From: Tubiluchus corallicola
Taxonomy: Eukaryota > Animalia > Priapulida
Assembly (NCBI GenBank): GCA_030141605.1
Contig: JAQGDQ010000131.1
Location: 434,001-498,000 of the forward strand
Direction: 5' to 3'
Length of the DNA: 64,000 nt
The position numbers were made by a program, and so were the translations under genes. The notes below the pieces were generated by a model. It was not told the DNA's origin and ran no database searches. It saw only the letters and a program-made list of their open reading frames with translations. Of the stretch, positions 12,152 through 24,125 are shown one piece after another. Numbering within the stretch: the first letter of the stretch is position 1; the number at the start of each line of letters is the position of its first letter.

Positions 12152-15062
12152 TGTAACCGTGTCTATTCTATCAACTCAGCTAGTGCAATTTCAGTTAGAG
12201 CTTCCGATTGTAAGACTTCCCTGGAGAAGTTGTACGAAATTGTGATTCACACGGGCCTGTCACTCAGAAAATATTTATGAAGCACCAAGTGCATCTATTT
12301 AGGTTTGAATTATTTAGTTATATAGGTACATTTTAGACCTAAACAAACAGAATTTAAAGAAAAGTTAATATGACACAAGCCTAACTGAGTGCTTAGTATA
12401 GATAATAGCAGCAAGTGACTCAGAGGGTCTATGTATGCAAATGTTTTCATGCTTTTTAAACATTTTTGCCTTAATTCAAAATTAGCATCAAAGCATTTAG
12501 GTGATGAGATCAAGTTTTTTCAGGAGTAATTATTCTGACAAAACTTGTTATTCCATGAAAGTAGACTACACATGAAAATTAGGCCTAATATATTTTTCAA
12601 GCTATATCTTCTGGGGAAAATTTTCCTGTGTAATAATATTAATTTTTTAATGGGAAATATTTTTGTGCAAGTATTTCCAATTTCTCTGCTGTATGTATAT
12701 AGGCTAAATTATTAATTTCCTTAACTTATTTTATAAATAAACCTATCAATATTTGCAAGATACGAATATAATTTTTTTAATTAAACTAGTGATAAGTGCT
12801 TCATTCTTACTTCGAAGTAATAATTTTAAAAAATTACAGTTGCTACAAATTGCCATGAACAAATGTATGCCTACGCCTACTTGAGCCTTATAAAGTCTTT
12901 GCTTAGTGTACAAATATTAATTTACTACCAAACACTGTTATAATTAAAAAATACAGGTTACAGTTTCAGCTGTCTGCTTCAGCACATCAGTGCGCGAAAA
13001 TTATTCGACTGTCTTTAATGCTCCACCGCTAGGGCCACACTAATTGCGTGAATTGCTCCGCAATGTATTCTTACTTTCTGTGGTCTCTACTTTCTCTCCT
13101 CTATCAAAGTTTAGGAAAAGGAATTGGCGAAATTCTATTGTTACGTATTTCGTTTTTGCGATTAGCGGCTATGCTGGCGGCATCAAATGGCGGATGATTA
13201 AAAAGTTTTGAGCCGCGCACTGACTGTAATAGCCCTTCAAACACTTCAGCATTGATCCTTAGAAATAAATGTACTTGGGGCATTGAGGCAAGCAGGAAGT
13301 CCTGGCATGAGCCAGGTATTGCAACCTTTCTCTATGATCAACTTTCTTTACTTCTTTTGTAAATAAGCCCGTTACTTTTCATGAGATATGAATATAATAG
13401 TTTTACTACTAATTATTCTTAGGGCCTTATGCTTGCTTTAAATAATATTCAAAAATATAACAGCTGCTATAAATCGCCAAAGACAGATGTAGGCCTTGCA
13501 GTCTTTGCTTAGTGTTCAAATATTTATATTGTAACAAAAGTTACAAAACTGTGTTATAATTAGCATTTTGTTATAATTACCTGGCTGCATCCTCGGGAAA
13601 TTTAAAAAGATATTTTTATTTGTGCTTTTGCAACTCACCGCTGAGCAAGTTATGAGCGCCTGCGACCGGCCTGGCTTTGGTGGTCTCATGAATTCATAGC
13701 TTGCGCTATAGCGTACCTGACAACAACAATCCGTACTGCTTTGCCGCTAGGGCGACACTAGCTGCGCGAACTGCTGCGCAGTAAATTTCTATACTTTCGG
13801 TGGTCAGGCTGATGCAAAAAGTGTAGTCCTTGATTAAAATATCGTTAAATTTGGAATAGCAATTTATTTTTTAGAGCTTTCTCACAATATTATTTACAAT
13901 TAATTAAATGTGTAGTAGTACTCACGAATGACTGCAAAAGTATGCAATGCACAATCATTCACTGATTTATCAATTATAGAAGTACTAACTGTCTAAACTA
14001 AATAGTGGACTGATTCAGTTTTAATTTATGTAATTATCGATTCTCTTTACGGAGACTATTTGTGATAGTCTCACAATTGTTTTTTACAGCAGATGAGTCT
14101 CTGTATTGATTGCAATGTGTCCAGATGGGCACCTCAGGTCCATAATCCAGAGATGGGGGAATTAGCCTAAATGCTATTTGCCCCTCCACTATACTGAACT
14201 AACAAACTGATAGGTTGGATGTGATGTAAAGCGCTGCTTGCTTATCTCGCAATAAAATCATATGATCTAGCTTAAAATATACGATCCAGAAATCATAAAT
14301 TAAGCACCTGCTGCCACTATAAGTAGCTGCAATGAGTTTCTAAATTGCTTGCGTTGTTTTTCGTATAATGTAATATGTTAAGACAATTCAATGTAAAATG
14401 CTTTCCAGATTTAGGTGGAAAATCGTGAACTTAATAACACCAAATCAATAGCCCACCACTTAGGTACATTTCACAAGTTTGTTATACAAATTGCTTAGTG
14501 TATGACATTCATTACTTGAAACTTATAAAGTTTATTTGTGGAAGAATTTTCTCCAGAGTGGCAAACAGCAGTAACACATTACTTATCATGTAATTCCATT
14601 AAATAAGGGCCTACAGCAGGAGTGAAAGCTAACAAATTCGATAAATTCAAGAGCTACAAATCCAAATGTGCACAATATTTAGCCATACAATACTAAATGA
14701 AAATATTTGATGCATACATGTTTTGAACTACTATTAGGTCATTTTAGAGCTAAAGCTATAGGACATCATTTAACATATTTATAAAAATCAGTAAACATTT
14801 TGAGTGAGTGAACTAAATTTCCTCATTTGCTGGTTGTTTGTCCAATAAGACGTGCTTTTCTAAATTGTTGGGGGCATGTCCTTCATCGTAAAGGACTATG
14901 TATATATCTCAAGGCTTTTTTCAAAGTAGTCCGTTATAATGAGGGTTTACTGCATTGTATATGAAGTTCCTAAATTTTAGGTCAACTTGTGGAAATACCT
15001 GTAAATATTTCCTATAACAAATAATGGTATTATAGCAAAGGTAAATATATGTGATGGTGCAG

Positions 15063-15116
15063 TACTACTACTGTTGCTGCTGCTGCTACTACTACTACTA
15101 CTACTATACTACTACT

Positions 15117-15214
<98 letters not shown>

Positions 15215-15215
15215 G
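15063..15215. repeat. (CTA)n trinucleotide microsatellite with CTG interruptions, upstream of MED27
   Basis: Direct reading; it produces the spurious poly-Leu/Tyr ORF 15051-15245. Confidence 0.97.
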
Positions 15216-15445
15216 CTTCTATACGTGTATAGGCAATGTTGTTAGATTGACATTTTATTGGCTGAATAATATGAGACTCACCATTCTGTATGAAATGAGT
15301 TTGTGTTAGAAATTTCTAAAAATTTTATAAAATAATATGTGTGTTTCGATTTTTATCAGAGTATTTAGTTTACTTGTGGGTGATGTTTGAAAATGCATCT
15401 TGAAAACGGAGACATCTAACAACAGTAAGCACAAGATCATTGACA

Positions 15446-18400
15446 ATGGCAGAATCGACAGTAAATAGCGATTCCTTAGTTCAAGGAATAAAATGCATCC
15501 AAGACCTGAGATTCAATGTGGGAGAGCTGTTTAAAAAAATGTCGGATGGCGTAAAGGGTCCTGACGATCGAGATGGAAAGGAAAAAGAATTCCTGACAGA
15601 TGTACATCATACAATTGTGGGAGTGCACAAGAATCTTGTGTAAATTACTATAGTGTTTTAGTATTTTCTATTATCTTTGCTAGGTATCGAGTGTGTTTGA
15701 GTATTAATGCTATATTGAGTGTTTGAGTACTAAGTATCCATAACTTTGTATTCAGTATGTGTAAAATGTTGTTTAAAGCAAAACCGGACCCAGTCTTAAA
15801 CAGTAGGTCAAAACAATCTACTCTTTAAAATATTAAAAGGAAACTTACTATTTTTTCAAAAATGACTTATGTGAAAGAGCAGTTCTCCACTGTTACATGC
15901 ATTTTGCCATTCACTAGTTAGGCGAGCACTAGCACTTGCATTTCGGAACTGAATTGCACAAAAAACAGGTGCTGTACCTTTCAGTTCAGATGTGTTAATT
16001 TGTGACAAACTACACACATTCAACAGCTCGTGCGTGAGCATAGAGGTAAATTTGAATTTTTATCTTAAAACTTGTCTAGTCTTAGTAGAACACACTAAAT
16101 ACATTACAGTAGCACTGTACTTCAATTTTCGCTTTGCAAACACGTGGAATATTTTTGCTGTTGAAAATTATGTTAGTTAGTGATGTCATCAATAGTTAGG
16201 CTTGCCCGCCGTTAGTTCAGTTTTTAATTTAATGATTATTTAATTATCAGAAATGCTTTTGCAATATTAATTCAGTTAAAATGTATTCTTTTTATCCGAC
16301 TTGAAAATGTGGTAGTATATGAAAAATCATCCTTTTTTCCTTTGATGTTATCACTAATTAGATTAATGCTAGTCTTAATTGTGCCATTCTTTTTAGGTGC
16401 ATGACATGTAAATTGTAACTTTTAATTGATTAATGTATTTGTGTAATTGTAGAGAGATTGAAAAGATTACAAATGAATTACCAGATCGCTGTGGTCCGTC
16501 TTTGTCACTGGGAAATATGGGCTTACTTTATCAAGATCCAGTTCAGGACAGGGAAACACTTTACAACCAACTTCTCAATGCCTATAAATGGTCAGACAAG
16601 GTATAAATGCATCCTGAGTCAGTGTGCCATCTTCTGTAATATTGTTTTTATACATGAATATATAGTAAATCTTTCAATTTATTCTTTGTTAATCAAAAAA
16701 TACATTCAAAATTAGTAGTTTGAAGAGTGGCAGAGAATCTGTGATTGTTCAAATTTGTAAATCCATACAAAATTACATTGCATCTCCAAGTGCATTTAAA
16801 AGTTCGTTAGTCTTGTATGAACTTCTCTTGATCAAGTTGCATTCCTGTCTTGTTGTGGCACTTAGGAACTAATCAAATTCGATCAACTGCAGAAAATCAC
16901 CTGTATATTTGCAGGTCAGGTGGGAGCCATTGGTAAAACAATGAACTACAAGAATAATTAATTATTCCTGATTAAGATCGTGAAATGCATGTGTGCAAAA
17001 AGTTGCAAGAGTCATTGACCTGTTGACAGTCTATTCAGACTCACTTAACATTGCAGCTTGTTTCCTTTTTGTGTACGTTTTTATGTAGTTTTTATTTTCA
17101 GTTGCATGATCAGTCACAGGTTGCTGCATCAGTACAGACTGCTAATTCATTGAAGAGAACCGCCACTATGTCAGTGAATACCGCAAAACGTTTACGGCGA
17201 CCCGGTCCCACCATACATGCTGTTCCACCTCAGTAAGTCTCACATTTTTTGGCAGTTTACGACGATTGTCCATATTCGGGGTTGCTTGATTGCACTGTCA
17301 CAGCACAAGATGTGGTTCAAAATTCTTGTTACGAAGACCCTACTGTTATTTGTGTAAAGTTTGGATAAACTTTTACGGTCACGATTTATACACATCACTT
17401 GATCGTACTGTTAAACTAGTAGAAATGAAAAGATAAATATAAGTAGCCAATTTTTGTGGAACTAGTTATGTAAGTTAATGATAAAGCTTTTTGTGGCTTT
17501 TTTTGGTTTTGTTGTTTTCACAGAATTGCAAACATAATTTTTCCATTTTTGACTTCTGCTAAGCAATTTAAAATTGAGGGCAAGTAAAAAATAGAAAGTT
17601 TATTGAGAATGTTCTTAAATTTTTATGCAGTAATGTTACTATATTTGATAGAAATTTTAGCTATGGAAGGTCTTCTACGCCTTGTGTGCACACTAATTAC
17701 CAAATACTGGGCAAACTTTTGGCAGAATGAAACATTTGAATATTTCTTGATTTCAGGAACTTAAATCAATTGTTGTGCTGTATGATTTCAAATAGAATGT
17801 GAGTTCTACCCTTAATATTCTAACTTGAATCATTTTTGAAGTGCATATTTTGTTTCAGTATTGTTGATACGACTTTGGCAAGTCTCAATCACCTGTTCCC
17901 TAATGAAATGACTGTACAACTTACACGGCCAATGGGTTCGTCTGCTATTCTAAAAGTAAGTTTCGAAATACAAGGTGCCTCAAAAGTCACTGTATACTTT
18001 GACTTCTAATTTTCTTTTTAAACTTTTTCTCCAATCTTAGGAAGCACTTACTTGAATCAGGAGAGGCTGTTGGCAATTTTGTATGCATTCTTTAACTGTT
18101 GCTATGGTGATGACATTAACGTTAGAAATGAGATACAAAATCAGTCTAGCTTGAGGTCCTTCAATGACTAACTGAAGTTTAGCATGCCATATGGACAACA
18201 CTATTAACAATGTAGTTTTGCAACAAGGTGCAGCCCTTCCTCACTACTGTTGGATGGTCAACTTGCCATTAAATTGGTCCCTGAGGCTTTAGGTGTCACT
18301 GAAGAAGGTTCAATAATAGCAAAGCCAACTATTGCAGTAGTTCTTTGCAGATTTTTGTCTGATTTGACCAAAAGAATTGCCTATGGTTTTAGTTCACCTG

Positions 18401-21400
18401 TGCCAATTTTCAAACATGTCACTTTGTTTGTTAAAAAATTTAAAAAATGTATAGTGACTTCTGAAACACCTTGGGCAAGTACTTCAATGGCACAAGTAAT
18501 CTTCAATGTCAAGAACTGCCGTCAAGCATTCAGATTCAGACCCTTTATTTCTTTGCAAGCATTGCTTTATGGTGTGTTCAGACTAGCGAGTTTTCAGGCA
18601 AGTTAAGTTGCCCAGTAACTCCGACTATAGAACAAAACTTGTTGCGAGTTACTTTCCGACAGTAAGTACGAGCTGTCACTCCCTTCTTTATTCACTGCAA
18701 GAAGTGTCAAGAGTAACTCGCATAGGGGTTCACGCTAGACAGTAACTCACAGTTTCTAATAGCTTGTCGACGGTCACTTGCAAAATGGTTCACACTTGCA
18801 AGTTTGCAAGTTGTCAGTCTACTGCTTTGTTGATCAGAAATTGGAGTATAAATTTCTTTTGGTGATTTTACCCTGTTTACTATATTACTCTGGTTGTAAT
18901 GAGCTTAGCAGGTTTGAAATTAACTTTGAATAGATAGGATGTGTTTATCCTTGCTTAAGAAATTAGTCAAAGAGAGTCAGACAGAACTTTATAACACACA
19001 ATCTTAATCATGATTCTAGATCACTTGGGCAGTGGCACTTGTGCAGTATTACATTTGGCCAGTGGACATTTGGTAGGACAGTGGAAAGTTGGGCAGTGGA
19101 CACAACTAGGCAGTGTATTCTTGGGCAGCACTTAATTACTATAAGCAGTATGTGCTACAAGAAAATTTACTTACGTGCCTGCTCATTTACCTACCTAACT
19201 ACCTATTTACTTGTCTACCCACCTACCTACGTACATACATACCTACTTTCCTGCCTACCCACCCCACCACCCACCTAATTATCAATTTACCTATCTACCT
19301 CCCTGTTTGCCTACCTGCAACCTACCTACCTATACCCAATTACCCACCCAACAAGTGAACAAATTTCACAGAGAACAGAAACATTTAAATCGTCACCGAA
19401 CTATCACACTCACACAAAATTTAACAGGACTGTTTAGAAAAATCAGTAATCATGTAACAAGTAGATATGTAAGTAGATTTACAGATAGGCAGACAAGTAG
19501 GTGAGACTGACAATGTCCCATGTAAAAATGTTTTGGCACTTGTGCCGCTCAAAGTGTCCATAGTCTAGGAAACACTGCCCAAGTGTGCACAGTCCGACTA
19601 TTCACTGCCCAAATGTTTTACTACCCAAATGTCCACTGTCCCAAGTGTCTTCTGCCCAAGTGTCCACTGCCCAAGTGTCCACTGACCAAATGTCGCACTG
19701 CCCAAATGTCCATTGCCCAAATGTCCTCTGCCCAAGTGACCGTGATTGCTTAAGCATGAGGACAACGTCACTTAATACTTCGAGTTTCTGTGCAAGCTAA
19801 AAGAACACAGTCACACAGACTTGTTGGTTTCAAGGTGTGGCGAATAGACTTGAACTGTTTTTTTTATTTACATGACTTTCTCTAAACTCATTATTTGCAC
19901 ATACTGTCTTTTTCTTGAGTGCAAGCACCAACTTTAGTCAAACAACTGGACCATAATGACCAAAATTAATACCAGAAAAATGATTAGCTCCTTTTTTCTG
20001 TAGATTACACTTGGCCAGACTTTGAGAGCAGTTGTGGTGTTGCGAAGCTTAATCATCGAGTGGGTTGTGGTAAAAGGTTATGCAGAAGACTTGCACTTAG
20101 ACTATAGAAAACCAGAAGCCATTTGGTCATTATCTCGTTACAAAGTGTTTCAAAAGGTCTGTGATATCCAAGTGATTCTGTTGTGGAGAAGTTGATTTTG
20201 CTGTTCTATATCCATAAGGAGTAGTTTTTTTCTTATGAATAAATTAATTTGAGAATATTTTAAAGGGAATTTCTGGGTTGTAAGGGAACTTAGTTCAAAG
20301 AAAATGTTAGTTTAATGGAGCTACAAACCTGTATAAGTTTTTTTGTCGTAGAAGAAAATGAAACTAAAATGAGCTCCCTTCCTAATTTCTACCTAGAATT
20401 ACACACGTTTTTCATTTTTTAGCTGCTTTCTTTGGTTAATTGCACTGAAGAAAAAAAATCAAAATTTGTCTTTGTTGAGAATACTTAACAAATACCTGCT
20501 GATTTAGAATCCACTATTGATTATTCTGTGTATAATGGACAGAAACATTTCTACAATTTCTGTATTTTCTACAATTTCTTGCCATCCATTTAAATTTAAT
20601 TAATTCTTTGCCTATTTATTATTTATTTTTTGCTATAATTATGGTGACTCACTATGCATAGATTGGCAGTTTCACAAGTTATGGATGGCAGACTAGATGA
20701 CCATTTTGTTCGTTCGCCAGCCCGCCCTTCTTTAAATATTGTTGAATATTGCTATATAGGTTTTTTATATTTATTTGGAAGACAAACAAATAAATTAAAA
20801 AATTATTCTAAAACACTGCAAAGGAACTATGAGCAGGAACTGAACTAAGTTCCTTTTTGGTGGAAATGAACCAGAACTCGAATTAGTTCTTTTTTGACCT
20901 GAGTACTAAGAACTGGAGCTAGTTCCTACAGCTGAGGAAATTTTTAAAACCCTTGAAATTTAGTAATAAAACTAAGTGCATGTAAACTAGACATACTGTG
21001 GTGTTTGTGGCATGTTACAAACAAATAAAAAAAGGCAAAAACACATTGGATTAGGTTTATGAATGAAAGTTTAATGTGTACTTGTTTATCACATACATTT
21101 TGTAATTGATTCGACGATATTAAATTCTTTTATTTCCACCTCTTTACATTACACATACTGCATGCCAAAAAGTGCTTCACCAAATAGATGTTTCTCTTCC
21201 AAGACCAATTCTAATTCTTGTCCAAATATAGAACCTTTATACAGTTTCTTGAACGCTGTGCAACATTTTTAACGATAATAATGCTTTACATGATTTATTA
21301 ATGCAGTAAAATTGCATCTTCCATGCTTTCAATTTAAGATGAAACATCTGTTTCAGTTAGATATTTTGCAAAACTGGTATATTGCAAAAGTCACTTCACT

Positions 21401-22502
21401 ATTCAAGAACAGATCTGCAAGACCAGTGCACTTGTTTATATATATTTAAAACTCGCTTGATTATTCAACATGGCCTGCAGGATTCAGAAACTTGTGTAAT
21501 GGGTATCATTTTATTATTCAGTGACTTCATTTTGTCTAGATTACAGACCACGCCAATTCTGCCATGTTGCACTTTTGTTCACCTACAATGCCTGAGATTG
21601 CCGTCAAGTCATTTATGGTAAGCTACACGTGCATCTTATCTATAAAACTGTCTGTTTGTAGTAATCAGTTCGGTCACGCTCCAGTGCTCAGCCTGAGCAG
21701 GGCGTAATTCTAGTTTAACCCTTCAATCCTTGTAAAACTTTTGCAGACAGATCTTTTTCAGTAGCTGGCCCCAGAGAATGGAACAAACTCTCACTCGACT
21801 TGCTTGTTTACTTTAGTGTTTTCGAACTAAATTCGCTAGTTTAAATTCACTGGGTTTTAACTGTGATTTGTTTAAATTTTAGTTAGAATGCTGATACTTT
21901 TATTTAATTGTTGTTAGGCACCATAGAATACTAATTGTATTTAACGTCATTTATAAATTTGTGTAATAATAATAATAATAATCAGTACCCTAAGAAAATA
22001 CAGTTTAGCTATTCATTATGTTTGTCATTGCTACAAATTTACCTAGTTAGTACTTATACTATTTGCATTTGTCTGGTCTTTTATTTAGCAGACCCTAACA
22101 GTAGGTTGTTAGTTAACTTGAAACTCTCATGCAAGTTGTCCAACTGTAAAAGTACTGTTATAGTAACTATTCTTTATAGTTTGTCTTTAAAATTGTAACA
22201 CATAATGGTTTGTATGATCACGCATGGAACCGTGAAACAGCTCGAATGCAAATGACAGATTACAATCGCCCAATGGCTTGAAGGTTTATACCAAACCGAG
22301 TGTACAGTACTGTGCTAATTTACTATGTACAAATTTACTATGCCAATTTTGTTTTTAATATTTGCAGACATGGTTTAAAAGCTACATTACCTTGTTCAAT
22401 CAACCGTGTGCTCGATGCGGTAAAATTCTCAGCGAGAACTTACCACCGACATGGCGTGATCTTCGAACAACAACTGCTTACCATGAAAAATGCAAACAGT
22501 AA
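15446..22502 (+). CDS. MED27: Mediator of RNA polymerase II transcription subunit 27, 7 coding exons, 311 aa
   Basis: Exons 15446-15639, 16453-16600, 17102-17232, 17859-17955, 20004-20156, 21540-21617 and 22368-22502 join in frame (936 nt). Motifs QDPVQDRETLYNQLLNAYKWSDKL, SLKRTA, RPMGSSAIL, ITDHANSAMLHF and TWFKSYITLFNQPCARCGKILSENLPPTWRDLRT..YHEKC (C-terminal Zn site) match animal MED27. Confidence 0.96.
15773..16160 (+). mobile_element. Kolobok-like non-autonomous element fragment (copy 1)
   Basis: Begins TTAA-AGCAAAACCGGACCC. It is reverse-complement homologous to ~37430-37870 over several hundred bp (e.g. GTAGGTCAAAACAATCTACTCT; TTCAGTTCAGA). Confidence 0.65.
17971..18473 (+). mobile_element. 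Tc1/mariner-derived internally deleted element
   Basis: TIRs CAAGGTGCCTCAAAAGTCACTGTATACTTT vs revcomp CAAGGTGTTTCAGAAGTCACTATACATTTT (24/30), with TA at the left end. Internal FLQQGAALPHY resembles the FQQDGAPPHY motif of Tc1/mariner transposases. Confidence 0.65.
19006..19748. mobile_element. Foldback-like MITE with 15-bp tandem subrepeats in both arms and an internal (TACC)n tract
   Basis: The right arm is a tandem array of TGCCCAAGTGTCCAC variants (19575-19740) and the left arm has the reverse complement GTGGACACTTGGGCA variants (19020-19135). Termini ATCACTTGGGCAG / CTGCCCAAGTGACC. Confidence 0.75.
21660..21900 (+). mobile_element. L2/CR1-group LINE 3' fragment
   Basis: Translates PFNPCKTFADRSFSVAGPREWNKL, resembling the typical L2 ORF2 C-terminal KTxGDRAFSVAGPxLWNxLP motif. 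Confidence 0.7.
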
Positions 22503-24125
22503 TGAAATTACCGGAACGGTGACTTATAAACAGCATCATGTTGAATTGTTATATGTATATAAAACCATGAGGAAGTTGTACATTTCTGTAAATACAACGT
22601 ACATAAATTAAATGATTATTAATTCTTCAATCTCTGTGTGACAATTATTGTTTTTATTGAAATCATTTTAGTTATTTACAGCAGATAGCAAAACTTAATA
22701 GCAAATCTAGGTTAAAATTAGCTTAGTGCAATTTATTCTCGCCCCTTCTACATGTAAAAAACAAAACATGAACTAATCGCAGAGTCTGGCCTACTACAGA
22801 TTAAACATGCCAAAATTCACAGCGATAAGCTAAATGTAAACACAATATGTAATAAAGGTCTGCTGCATTGATACACATCTTTACAAATGTACTGGCGAAC
22901 AACATTTAGCTATATTGTCATAGTAAAATAATTGCTATTCTAGAGAGTAGTGTCATAATGAAGCAATGCAGGTTTAATAGTAATGCCCAGAGATATGTGG
23001 GCCCTCTATTGGAGTTTCAAGAATAGTACTACAGACTCACCGGAGTCCCATCTCTATGGGTATCCGCCAAAAACCCATAATTTTCAAACGCAAGATGCAG
23101 AGTTAACGTAATCGGGTCGTTTGTGAAACTGTCAGCATTTGTTAGGCATGAAACAAATTGTGTTTCACAAAACAATAATTAAGAAACAAGATTGGTTTTG
23201 CAGCTGCATCAGGTTGGGAAGCAGTGTAGATGTGCACCGCTACAAACTGCCAAAAAATATTGCAGATCCGCATCTGCGACTACGCAGATCTGGCGAATCT
23301 GTGGTCAGTGTAAAAATCCGTATATCGCATTAAAATCTACACAGATTTTACATGAGAATCTAAGCGGTGAACTTTCTGTAAACTACATATTTTTCCTCCT
23401 TAATTTAAATGCATTCAATAACTGTCATTTTCTACAGTTTGCTACGTACAAACTACCAAACTTAGCAACAAAGTGCTTTACACTGATCAGGATTACATTA
23501 CCTGTACTTCTCAAGTTCCATCAGAATGACGAATACTCTTTTTTGAACATCTCAACGAAAGAGGTAAATTCATGACATGAGGGACTTACTAAACTCACTA
23601 AAGTTTGTTAGTACATTTTCCACAGTGCATAATTGATATAGGGCCTCATCTTAGAAGAATAATGTTGATAATGAGCTAGGTTCCGGTACCGCCTCAACCA
23701 TATACATCACATAGGTCCTTTAGATCTCAGCATGCAGAGTGGCAAATTATATCAATCAGACCAAATGTGCCATCAAACTGTGCTGCTCGGACAAAGTATT
23801 CTCTGGAGCAGGAAGAACATGTTGCTACACAATATATTGTATGTTTACTTCTAGATTTTCAAATGCAAATTGAAGCAAAGCTGGTAGACATATCAATGAT
23901 ACCACATGGTCTAAAGAATGAACAAGCTGTAAATCAAGCTTCTTTTCCTAAATGTAGTATTATAACACTATATATACTAGTTATACACTTTATACATCCA
24001 TATTTACATGGTTTTATCATTTTTATATCAGAACACTTAAATAATAAAAACAGAATGATACCAGCTAGTGCCCAACTATTGTAGAACCATTAGGTCATCA
24101 AATTTGGCAATCACCAAAGTTTGTA

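Noticed and set aside
12090-12665. kappaB-like sites upstream of the caspase (GGGATTTTTT, GGGGAAAATTTTCC, GGGAAATATT)
   Set aside because: None fits GGGRNWYYCC exactly, and such strings are common in AT-rich DNA.
15051-15245. Poly-Leu/Tyr ORF (also 41829-42073)
   Set aside because: Translation of trinucleotide microsatellites.
19575-19740. Regularly spaced short repeats resembling a CRISPR array
   Set aside because: Contiguous 15-bp tandem units without unique spacers, in a eukaryotic intron, with no cas genes.
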